From: Catajapyx aquilonaris
Lineage: Eukaryota
Reading direction: 5' to 3'
DNA: 52,572 bases
Assembly: GCA_000934665.2 (NCBI GenBank)
Contig: KZ538705.1
Location: forward strand, 1-52,572
Shown here: in pieces, positions 1-11,600 of the stretch
Numbering within the stretch: the first letter of the stretch is position 1
Layout: each line of letters opens with the position of its first letter
Notes under the pieces: model-generated
The model's input: the letters and a program-made list of their open reading frames with translations, nothing else
What the model was told of the DNA's origin: nothing
The model's database searches: none
Made by a program: the position numbers and the translations under genes

Positions 1-51
1 ATGAAGTAAGGCAGCGAGAAAGGTCCATAGCGATAAAAAGAAACGACGTCT

Positions 52-126
52 TTCTTCCACTGGATTCGATCCTTCAGCCTTCGGGTTACGAAGAGAGAGC
101 CTTAGCCACTAGACCACTGCGCTACC
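52..126 (-). mobile_element. tRNA-derived SINE head or tRNA pseudogene
   Basis: Minus strand reads GGTAGCGCAG-TGGTCTAGTGG-CTAAGG...GGATCGAATCC-AGTGGAAG: a Pol III A box (106..116) and B box (62..72) at tRNA-like spacing. I could not form a clean acceptor or anticodon stem. Confidence 0.6.
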
Positions 127-2243
127 TCGATACTGACACTCTCTCCAGCATGTACTTATGGTAAAGGAAAGGGCGCCGCCGCCGTCACTTCAAGGTGGGA
201 CTTGCAAGAATAATTTGACATGTTTTTCTCTGCATAAAACTCCATGACAGTAAAGTGTGCAAAACCAATGACAAGAAAGAAACACTGACGATTTTTTGGG
301 GGGCACATTAAATAATGCTCGCCTTCAATCTCTCCTGGTTTCGGACACACCTCTCATACTTTTTATGAAGGCAATAACAAAGTATAGAAATATTCGACCT
401 GAGAGCATTGTTCGAACAACAACAAGAACAAGAACAAAAAAAAAAGAAAACGACGCAGCTTTGTTGTGAGACTACGAGTGTATGTGCAGGAAGCGCTCAC
501 CTATACAATCCTGTATCGTGTTGACGAGTCCAAAATGAAGGACAAAAAATTGTCTGAAAAATTATCTAAAAATATGAACGTGGATAAGTTAAAACGCAGT
601 AATAATGCTGACTATATGAATCATTTACGCACATTTTTCTAGATTCAATTTTTTGCCATTAATAGCTCCATATTAGCCACTAGATCAATGCAACACATGA
701 CAAACATCTACTGCACATGCGGGTAATTAGCTAGTACAGTCCAATGTTTAACTCGAACGAATACTTGAGTAACGCATTTTAATGTTTAGAGGCAATCAAA
801 TGCTATATTGGACCTTGGATAATAATTGAAGCCTTTCTCAATCTAAATTTCCTTAATAATATACTGAGAGATACACAGGCTGTGTCAAGCAGTAATATGA
901 TCTCTCCTTCAAATTCTGAAAGGAGACATGTCTTATTGACACTGGCGAATTCAGATGATTAACAACAGGCAATATCAAACTACTGAGTTATGAGTACCAA
1001 GTGTTTCCAATAATATTATTGATGGCACTGGACAACACACAAAAATGCTTTGATATGAAAATAGTCGATCTCTACTCATTTAGATGCACTGAACACGAAA
1101 ATGACAATATAAATAATTGTCGATTGGCTCTAGAGAGACAGACATGGACATTGCACATGTATATATGACTCACAAGGTAACCACGCGAATTTCTATGTGA
1201 AGTTCATATTCAAATAATAATTGTGTTTTTTCAGGTTCTTTATATGCTAGAAAGAAAACACTTCTTCTGGAAAACCCTGGATCTCAATAGTGTTTGAGAT
1301 GTGGGGTCAAAAGTTCAAGAAATTATGCAAGGGTCTGACGAAGCTGCATATTATATAGGTGATATCGGGGAGATTTTTGGTGCAGAGATTGTTTCTTGGG
1401 ATGGGGAAATACAATGGTCAAGCTGGAAATTATGAATGATGAAATACGCATCTCAGGGAAGAGGATGGGAGTAGCATCAAAAATTATGTAAAAAAAAACA
1501 GTATTTTCTTGTGCATGAAAGCAAAAATAGTTTTTAGACAGTGACCCAAGGTGTGTGAATTCAATTAACTATCTTGTATATAGGATGTTATTGATTTTTC
1601 CCATGCATTAGTACGATTGTTTTCACATAGACCTACTCATGTTTTTCCCTCTACAAGTTGTCTCGCATGTCCTATGTCTGCAACAATATTATTGACGTTT
1701 ACATAACTACTTCTTCTCTATCCTCTTCTTCAACATGTCTTTAAATGGCCTTCATGGCCTCTCTCTTCCCCACCTTAATTACTCATTCCGCACTCCTGCC
1801 GCACCCTCTCCCAGCACACTTCATTGGCAATAAAAATATATGTAGTATCATCTGACAAATGAATATTTATTATTGCACACTTTCTGACATCTTTTTTTCT
1901 TCTTCTTGCAGATCAAGATGACGCCTCTTCAAGAAACCATAACACTGTACACAAAACGTCAACAAAGAATCTATCCACACTAACAGTTGCTCTTCTGATT
2001 TGCAGTACAATCCACCTGAAAAGATCATTTTAAAATGCAGAAACGCTACTTTATCATCAACCCATACATATAAACTACTGCTAGTTCTAACCATAGCCAC
2101 ATCTTGAGTATTAATAGTAGTATAGCCTACAGTCCCTACTCAGCTCGGTAATGTGAAGGTTTATATTTTAAATGAGCAAAGTTCGGCACAGTGACAGTCT
2201 GAGTTAACTGCGTTATGATGTTTTAAAAGGGTACCGAATAATG

Positions 2244-2731
2244 TCAATCTTTCAAAATGATTGGAATAACCTTATTAGCACCTACCTCAGGCATATTTCG
2301 GAAGTGCTGTAAGTTCTTGAAGGAAGAGAAGAGTGTGAACAACACATGGAGGGACTGCACCCTGGACCTGTACACAGGGATGTCGAAAAGACCGCAAATT
2401 ATGTCGGCGTAGAGGCCAACATCAATCGGCAGCTCTGGTGATGGGATCTTCACCTTCCTCAGCATGTCCTCGAATTCGGGTGGCCACTCCTGCATCAGGC
2501 TGTCGATGTCCGGCATGGGCTTTCCATAGTGGACAATTGACGAGGGCTTGGACCTGTGGCGTTCAGTGGTGTCTTTGATCCACTTGTCGATAACCCTCCC
2601 ATTTTCCTCTATGTTTCCAACGCGCCTGATCCCAGCTGCCCTCCTATACACGTCAGGGAACGCGATCAGAACTCATGCAACTCGAGCTTACAGCTGCGTA
2701 CTCACCGTGGAAGACCTGCTGATGACATCAT
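2244..2731 (-). CDS. IFT46: IFT46-like protein, C-terminal portion only (~141 aa; exons 2706..2731 and 2244..2643)
   Basis: IDKWIKD..HRSKP..VHY.KPMPDIDSLMQEWPPEFE..DIPVY.SRVQSLHVLFTLF..FKN.QHF matches the IFT46 C-terminus as I recall it. A 62-nt GT-AG intron (2644..2705) joins MMSSAGLPR in frame, and an in-frame TGA lies upstream of that ATG. Confidence 0.85.
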
Positions 2732-3158
2732 CTCGGATGACAATCGGTGATGATGTCCAAGCTGTCACTGCGACTATCTTAGAGCAACAATTGCTTCTCT
2801 CTTAATTTCCTCCTCCAAGCCCCCTTCTCAGTAAGGAAGATTCCAGAAGTTCCTGTAAACGGAAAGGATGAGGATTAAGAAAATTGTTGCAAAAGCACGG
2901 GAAAAATTGCCAACGGAGACAATGACGACAAAAGGACCGATGTAATTAGTTTTGTGACAATTTCAAAGGTAGTAACGGGCGAGTTAATTTTTTTCGAATG
3001 TGGCATGCATTATTTTTTTTTTAGAAAGCATAAGAACCAATCACTTCCGGAATCCCCATCACCACAACTGCGTACCTCTGGCTTAATTCCACTCGACGTA
3101 AGGGATTCGCCGCATCAACCCACTTTCATCGCTTCAGTCCGGAATTATTGCACTTGAC

Positions 3159-3172
3159 GTTACCATGGCGGC
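3159..3172. promoter_or_regulatory. Candidate RFX X-box upstream of the IFT46-like gene
   Basis: GTTACCATGGCGGC resembles the X-box consensus GTTNCCATGGNAAC. It lies just 5' of a probable non-coding first exon (donor CAGAG|gtacgc near 3075) of a ciliary gene. Confidence 0.5.
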
Positions 3173-3905
3173 AATGTCAACAATGCTGCGTACATAACAG
3201 TGTGCAACAATGAATCAGGATGCCAATAGTATTCTCTGGTTGAATCAATAATAACAGTTCAGCATTGTGCATCAAAAAATGACCCAAGTATTCATGTACT
3301 CTCATTACCCTTCCACCGATATGATTTCATCAGATTTCCTGGGAAAGTAAAAAATAGTGGAGAGGTCACTAGGTCATGAACTTGTTGCACAACGTGACTA
3401 AAAATAGGAGTAAACAAGGAATTGAACACACTTCCACTTGTTATTGTCAATATTCACAATGAAACTTGCAAGGTCAACAAGTGCCTGTCAATGTTGCGGA
3501 AAAAAAAAAAAGTCAACATAATGCAGAGTGGTCATCTTTTTTTTTTCTTTCCTCCTCGTCCTCGTAATTCCCCATATGTCTCAACCCTGACATCTTGACC
3601 TGAGTGTGCTTCCCACCCGCTTCCAAGTCAAAAGGATGAGAAATCTCCCATCCGAAATAGCCTTTTTTCCCTGAGGGGGGGCTTTAGGTGACCCCCAGCA
3701 TTGCATGCAGGGCACGTGATATGATATTGTGAAGCATCTGACAGAGATTATGGCAGTGGGGTGACAAGAAGTTGGAAAAAGTGGGAATGGCAAGAAAAAA
3801 GAGGGGGGGCGGGGGAGGTTCTTGGCAACGGTCATATAAAGAGGGTGAGGAGCGTACCCTCTCATTCCTTTTTCTCTCCGGTTGCTGCGGAAAACACTCT
3901 GCAAG

Positions 3906-4732
3906 ATGAAGCTGCTGGTTCTTCTCATCCTGTTCTGTGCCGCTCAGTCCGCACCTTTCTTCGGAACTGGTAAGCCGCTATTGGACAGTTTGAATCACAT
4001 TTTGGTCGGCAGAACAATTCTGAAAAAAGAAACTTGAGAGATTATTTAATTATTGTTCCAGGCCAGTCCACATTGTTCCAGTGTCCTGAAAGCTTCGTTA
4101 AGCTGTCCACTGGATGCTACCACTTCAGCGGATCAAGGGTCAGCAACTGGTTCGGTGCAGTGGCTGACTGCCACCGAAAAGGTGCATACTTAGTGACCAT
4201 AGATGACTCCAAGGAGAACGAGGTGGTCGGAAGCTACATCCTCCAACGTAAGTCAGATTAACCCTTGCCGAAACGATGTAGGTTTTCGCTGCAACAATGT
4301 GCGTCTCCTTTTGCAGATGAGCCGGCAAACCACTGGCTTGGAGCATCCGACCTCGGGCATGAATCTGAGTGGGTCTGGGAAAACACAGGACTTCCGGTGA
4401 CATACTTCAACTGGTTCGTGATGCAACCTGACAACTACAAGAAATCGGAGCACTGCCTGCATTTCAAGCGGCCATCGTCCACCACCTTCGACGCCTTCTA
4501 CTGGAACGACATGGACTGTGCCAAGTCATACAGCTACGTTTGTGAAGCAGACCCCACGCCTGTGGTTCCTGTTAGTGAGGCTGTATTCGGAGAAGAAATT
4601 TTGGAAGCTGTGGCAACAGCAAACGGAAAAAAGTGGAAAATAGTGGGTTCAATCAGAATGCAGCCAATTGGGGAGGACAATCCCGTGACTGAAGAACCTG
4701 ACTCGTCAGTTGATGAGGATTACTCGGAATGA
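3906..4732 (+). CDS. Secreted C-type lectin (perlucin-like); exons 3906..3969, 4062..4247, 4317..4732
   Basis: Signal peptide MKLLVLLILFCAAQS; C-type lectin motifs CPESF..CYHF, W..A...C, WLGASD, QPD, EHC, WNDMDC, YVCE. Both introns are phase-1 GT-AG and preserve the frame. Confidence 0.9.
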
Positions 4733-7237
4733 TTGGTGCAAAATTGTTAAAAACTTGTACAGTGTTCATATCCCATCCTCGCACAAAAATATTCCCTTAT
4801 TTATGAAATTGTCTCAGTGGTTGTGATGGAAATTACTGCATTTCCTACCTTAAAATACTGCGACAGCATTTTTTTTTTTGTAATGTATGCAGTTCATTTA
4901 AGTACAATATGCTCATTCTTGAATTCCACAATCATGTTGCAGAAAAGTATTAAAAAGGTCAGCGCAGGTTCACGTCACACTTCAAATCAAATTGCAACAT
5001 GATGACAAATTTACATCACTTTATTAATGTACACTGAATAATAAAGCATGTATGTGCATTTAACATCAGCTGACTTCCATTAAAAATTTACATTTCAGCA
5101 CAACTATTTACAGGCTATTATACTTCACACAAAGAATATTAAATTAAAGTCCGAGAGAAGAGGTGCTATTACAAAAATGAAGGCTCGCTTAACTCCTCCG
5201 ACTGTGTGATCCTCTAATTATTATTACACAGAACGGTGTCAATAATTAAATATCGGTTTCTACTAACAGAAACCCAAGATTTTAAAAAAATTGAGTGTTT
5301 AAAGCTTGATCTGTTTTCAGAGTTGATTGTCTCAACATCGCAATGTATTATTATCGCCACTGTCAACTATTACAGTATTACGTATCCCTGAATCAAGGCT
5401 TGAAACCCGAAAGAAAAAAAAAATGACTGGAAGATATTACACATCAACAATAACAACAACAACGCACAGCAACAACGATGAGGCAGTCTTTGTCCCAAAA
5501 AAACTAACATGGAAGGGATAAACAAACACGGTGATTTTTAATCACCTTACACTGAATATTGCCTTCTGTCGAGACAATACGTCAAAAATGTTCGAAGCGG
5601 AAAAAAAAAAGACCTGATGGCTGACTTACACTTAACTATGCCATGGTGTGTTAACTATATTATTTTTTTTCAGACACGCAATAATGCCACTGACAATGAT
5701 AGTTCATAAATACCTAAAAAACATACAACAACAAATGGATACTTTGTAACAACTGAGATTTGGCACTAGTTCAAATTGCAACAGTTAAGACTCTATGCAA
5801 CTTTCTACCAGTGAGATTCGTTAATTACGTGATTCGGAACAATGACCTTTGGAGATGCCATCCAACAAACGAAAGCAACATTGCACTAATACACGTAAAA
5901 CACATTAAATATTTGAATCGGTTTCACATGGAAGCAGTTTACATTTTCTTTTCTTTTCTTTTTCCTTTTTTTAGTCCCACCGAGACACCTAATAAAAACC
6001 TATGTCTTTAAAAAGGACACCCAACACCACACAAAAACATATATAATGTGATTCTTTTTTTCGGTGTCACAATTATTGCAGTAAACGTCGGAAAAAAAAA
6101 CAACATTTCATACCCCCCTAACGTCTTCTGCAGCAAAAATGCCCTAACTAACGTAGAAAAAGAGCAAAGTCCTTTTTCCCCCACTCAGTTATCACAAAAG
6201 GTAGGCTGAGCACAAGCAAGCCCATAAAAAACGGCAACAAGAGTGGACAGAATCAGAGGAATGAAGAGACACAGCTTCAGAGAAGGCCTCGGAGACAAAA
6301 AAAAAACAACTCGCTAAATGCAACTAGGAGAGCAAAAAACAGAACGAAATTAAATAACGTCTTGTTGTCATGCATGTGTCACTCTTTTCTTGTTGCATAC
6401 AAATTGTCAAAGCAATAAATCTGGTATATGATAGTAAATGCACAGAAACTTTGGCACAAAAAGTGACGTTCAGATAAGAGCTTACAATCAACGGGCTTTG
6501 AAACCTGCCTGGACTGAATATAATAAACCTTGAAGTGAGACCCTGCATAATGTCGAAACATGGCAGGGTCTATATTCGGGTTTGCAAGGTTCTACTGAAC
6601 AGACGCATCATAAATATATTATGCTCAAGAAAGGAGGGAGAAAAAATAATTGTCTTTCAGTTATGCTAGTGAGAATGCAGGAGGGCAGTGATATCCAAAC
6701 TCTAGTCCGCAACAAATGTAACAGGAAACCCATCCAGCCTGTCTGTGAATCGCAGAAATTATTCGGAAGTCTAAAGCTACAGCCAAAAATGTGGTCCAAT
6801 ATTTACCTGCATGTTTGCACTCTAAAACACACCCAACTATGGAAACTTTAAAAAAAAAGTACAACACAAACTCTGGAAGTTGCCCGAGACATTTCGGCTC
6901 CAGCAGCTAGTTTCCTGCGGTCAGATCAAACAGCTCAAAAAAAAAACAAAGCCACCTGCAATTAGTACAACCACACAAAAAATACTGGAGGCAATCAGGT
7001 ACAAAAATGGCACGGTTCAAAAAGAGAGACACTGTAAACAGGGGACTAGAGATAAAACTTGGCTTGCACAAAAAAAAGGGGGGGGGAGGGAAGATTGTGT
7101 TTGTATGTGTATAATGCGGAAGAGGGAAAGAGATATAACGCTTAAAAAAATAAAACGAGGATTTTTTTTTTGCTTTCTTGTGGTATACCCTACTTGTGTC
7201 ATGGCTAACAAAAAAGCAATATTATTATTATTATCCC

Positions 7238-7395
7238 TCACACTGTCGTTTCCTTGAAGATTCTGACTGGTAGCTCTGCGTGTTTGAAGTATATGTATCT
7301 GGTGATGGTTGTCGCATTGAGGGCTGCTGTCACTTCAGGGGCCACTGCTGCCATTGATGGGGAGAACTCCTCACTCTTGCTCCACTCAGACTTAT
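7238..7395 (-). CDS. INPP5A: Putative alternative terminal exon of INPP5A ending ...RIFKETTV*
   Basis: Acceptor ttttccag| at 7396 is followed by 52 in-phase codons to TGA. It is phase-compatible with the internal donor GAAGCAG|gtatc at 9221/9220 and is a GC-richer island within an AT-rich region. Confidence 0.65.
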
Positions 7396-8334
7396 CTGGA
7401 AAATGCAACGTTCATTGTCACTCAATATTCTGTCACTACCTTTTACAAACAAAAAGGTGATCACCAGATACGTAGATGTCATAATAATTTCTTATGCACT
7501 GGCCGACATGTAATGACAGCCATCACAAAATTTTGGCTCTTCAAAATTCATTTGATTACGAGACAGGTAAGTAAAATTATCCTTCACTACTGCCAATGTA
7601 TTACTGTCGCAAACGGCTGGCCTGACTGGCCTTCAAAAGAAATATCATTGGTCGAATACTATATCCAACAAACTGCCACAAATATTCTTTTGTGTAACAC
7701 TTTTTCGAACAGAACAAAACTTCACAGAAATTAAATATGACATCATTGTGTTAAGTTATTATAGTAGACAGCACTAGGCTAGAAACTTTCTGAGAACTCA
7801 TGCCAAACAGCTCCGTAAGTGTCTTTCGCAATTTATTCACAAGTGCATTTTCGTTACGAAATATTTAGGTTCACGTGATATTAATGTGTGCTGGCAACCT
7901 TGGGCACATTGTGTAACACATTCAGTAGCACAACCCTGAATTTCACATATAAATACTTGACCAGAGCTAGTAATAAGCCTGACCTGCTGGTCAAGGCCTT
8001 TGGCTTTGTAAGCCTCTAATTTTCATGTGACGTGACTCATCAATTATTTTATGACTTATGCAGCATGTGGCATAAATAACAACTCGTGGAGGAAAAAAAT
8101 ATTTGTGATATAACAACAATTCGTACATGTATTTAACGAAACTGATTACTATCTTAGTTTGCCAATGGAGATTAATAGAGCTGCATTATATTAGCCTTAT
8201 TTAAAAGCAAAGTATATTTAATTAAATTACAGTTTGGTAAGGATTTAGTGGTGTAAACATGCCTACAGGCATTGCCTATCCACGCTTTAAAAGTGGAGTT
8301 AATTCGACTGACGCATTGTAAGCTAAACGTAAAT

Positions 8335-8457
8335 GGGCTCATGCCGAGTTGGAGCTGATCAGCAACACCTCAGCGAAACGAAGCTCTTCTGATTTCTCTA
8401 CAAGCAACTCGCTCGAGTGTAAGTCACTGATCTTGCACTCAAACTCGGCTTGAGCCC
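8335..8457. mobile_element. Small MITE-like element
   Basis: Terminal inverted repeats GGGCTCATGCCGAGTT ... AACTCGGCTTGAGCCC (15/16 match, extending imperfectly inward); no coding capacity. Confidence 0.6.
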
Positions 8458-8630
8458 CCTAAGTAAACAAAATGATACATACATGCTCATAATGCAGTAG
8501 GCCACAGCAAATACTTTTTGGGGAGATATGCAAGGGTAGCTCCATGCAATAGCAAAGTGCATCATTCATGAAAATAGAAGATAAAGAAAACGAGAAAAAA
8601 AAAATCACAAATAAATAGGGCAAGCTATCC

Positions 8631-11600
8631 TCAAAGCACTACACAGCATTGCTTCTTGTCATGACTCTTCTTTTTTGGTGGCTCTTGTCGTCCCTCCAAG
8701 GATAGTCGACCAGTCTCACGCTTTGGGGTTGGCTTGGCGCCTTCTTCGTCCTCTGGCACCTCTTCAAACCAGTCCTCCTCTGAAGAACTGTGGTGACTCT
8801 GGTGCCTTAGCGACCTGTGGCTCCCTCCCCTCCCAATTACGGCAGCATCGGACGAGGTTGAAATAAGCCTGATCCTTGCCCTGGGTGGGAATGCGCCAGC
8901 CCTGGCAATAGCAACTGCGGCCATGACGGCAGAAGAGGCACCCAGATCACTGAGGCACCGGCAGGCAGGCTGGCACTTGGTGCCTCCTTTAAATGCCCAT
9001 CCAGATTCGGACACGTGCCTTTTGACAGCGGAGTGCGATGAAGCGTGCGGGTTCATGCTTTCTGGCTCTACGTCACCCCCCAATAGCTGTCTACACAGGC
9101 ACCACTCGCCGTCTACATGGCAGGGTTCTGGGGGCAGGGCAGTGGGTTGGGCAGGGTCAGGGGAGCGACTAATGGTGTGGTAACTACTGGTCGGCTCAGG
9201 GTTGCAGCAGTGGATGATACCTGCTTCCAGGGCCAGATCGAACCGGAGGTAAACTGGCTGTGAACCGTGGAAGTGCAGCAGGATAAGTTTTGTTTTAAAA
9301 ACAAAAAGGAGAAAAAAGAGAGAGAACAGGGTCAAGTTTGGTATGTGGTATAAAATCAGTGGTTCCAATCATTGCCAAATGTTCCACTCAATGTGGTAAT
9401 AACACAATAGCATTTACACTTCAGGTACATAGTGTTCACTGAAGCTCAAGTTACAAAAACATTTGCTGTAGCAAATGCCAGCAATATAGAAATATCTACG
9501 TTCTTTAATTAAAATGCGTAGGGAGAGAAACCACTGATGTGATACAGAACACTATATCAGTTGTGACGAGATGTGAATGTGCAAGACAAATGGTGTTTCG
9601 TGTTAGTGTCCGCAAGGTTGAGAAATCTGATGACGTACACGGGATGACCTATCCTTTAATATTCTCCAACAATCATGGCCTTGTTCTACTTAGCCTATCA
9701 CAATATTTCACTTTGATCTATAAGCACCCTTTTTTTTTTGTCTAACACATTCAGCTCTATATTAACATAAAGGACCACTTCAGAAAAATAAATTACAGAG
9801 TGCCATTTGAATCGGTCTCCAATATAGATCCAGACTCACCAATTCAAATTCTGAATTTATTAGCTGGTCACAATATTCTTTCGAAGGAGGGAAAAAAAAA
9901 CTGAAACTCATTCTTTAAAAATTCATCCCACATCTTACAGGGATTTCAGACGTCAGATTGAGAGACATTAATTATTCAACACGCCTTGACTTGACATACT
10001 GCAATCAAACGTATGAAAGAGCTTTGCGATAACATCTGATCAGCAGAGAATCTACTATTATTTCCGCTGCTTTCTAGCATGAATATTAATCGCTACCTAA
10101 AATATCTTACACCTCACTTAAAAATCACCTTTCTTACCAATAATGTTATCATGATTAGAAAAGAAATACCATGTCACAATACTTCTTTTTTTTAAATTTT
10201 TTTAAAAAAAGGTCAAGAGTGCAAACACTATTAACCTACCTTCACCATTCACCAACTAGCACATACATAAAAGAATAACTATGTTAGTCACACTACACTA
10301 GAAAACTTGCATCCTGGACTAAAGAGGCCATTTCGAAAAAACTTCCATCAACTATTTATAAAACAAACTATATATTTTGTGAATAAAACTATCTATCCAA
10401 AAGTCATACGCATACAAAGGACAATTTAAAGTAAAATGGGAGGCTTACCTTATGATCCCCCATGCACACATTTGGTCCCATAATACTATAAGTAACATCA
10501 TTGGAAGGCTGAAATGAGAGCAAGACTATTAATTAATGAGCCTCTCAAACAAATGGTTAGAAACTTTCTCATTTTGCAAAGATTTATTGGCTAGTTGTAT
10601 GAGTGAAAATTAGGAAAAATTTTACATTATGTACCGGTACTTGTATTTCACTTTCAGCCTGCGAGAAGTAAAGGCAAGGTAACTCACATTGCTGACTAGA
10701 CACTTTGCTGCGTGACTGATGATGATTCGATCACACCAAGCAGGGCAGCGTGTGGTCATGTAGCTTTGGGAAGCCTTCAGCTCCTCTTCAAAAGGGTAAC
10801 TCGGTGGAAACTTTATGGCAAACTCAAAGACGCGGTTCCGAAATGGCTCCAGCTCTCTGTCAAACTCTTTCAACTGAAACAAAAAGTAAAGCCATTAGTT
10901 GCCAAAAGTAAAGCAGTCAAATCAGAATTAACTTAGCACAGTAAAAAAATGTGTGTGTTATATAACATAAACTTGTCCATTTTGTAACATGTTTGGTCCC
11001 TACAAGTGAACTTCTGTCGTGTATAACAGAAAACTTGTTCATTGCAGGCAATTTCTGCGAAATGAAGAGAGTCAGCTGCAGAGAGGTTTCATTGTATTGA
11101 TTTTTCTAGTGGTTGCCATCTTGCAAGTAAAAAAGTTTAGTACAAGAAGACTTCCAGCACCGAGACAATGAAATAAAGTAAGTAAGGATTGTTCATTTCT
11201 TTAGCGCAATGAAAATGATAACAATCAGATATGCTTCTGCCCATTCTTGGCGTAATATATAACTGTAGCTAACAACATGCAGGAAATCCTCTCATCACAA
11301 GGAAAGGTCACACAAAAACTGTTACCCATACTGACATACTTCCCGTTATCGTATTTAAAAACCACTTATATCCTGCGATATTTTCCTCAACGCTGTTTGC
11401 CTGAATAAGACAGATGTGCAATAATGCATTCGAACATGATTATTGGCATGGTGGCAGTGCTTATCAGCGAATTTAAATCTAGTCGTCATTTTTATTGAGT
11501 TGATTCTCAGAAGTTCCCAGGGCGTTACCATCAATGTAACTTTGCAAACTTGAGACGAGGAACATGCCACAGACCTGCCCAAATATACAGTATGGAAATG

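Noticed and set aside
5000..7237. Many short ORFs in the A/T-run-rich region
   Set aside because: Composition and a minus-strand AATAAA near 5020 fit a long INPP5A 3' UTR rather than coding sequence.
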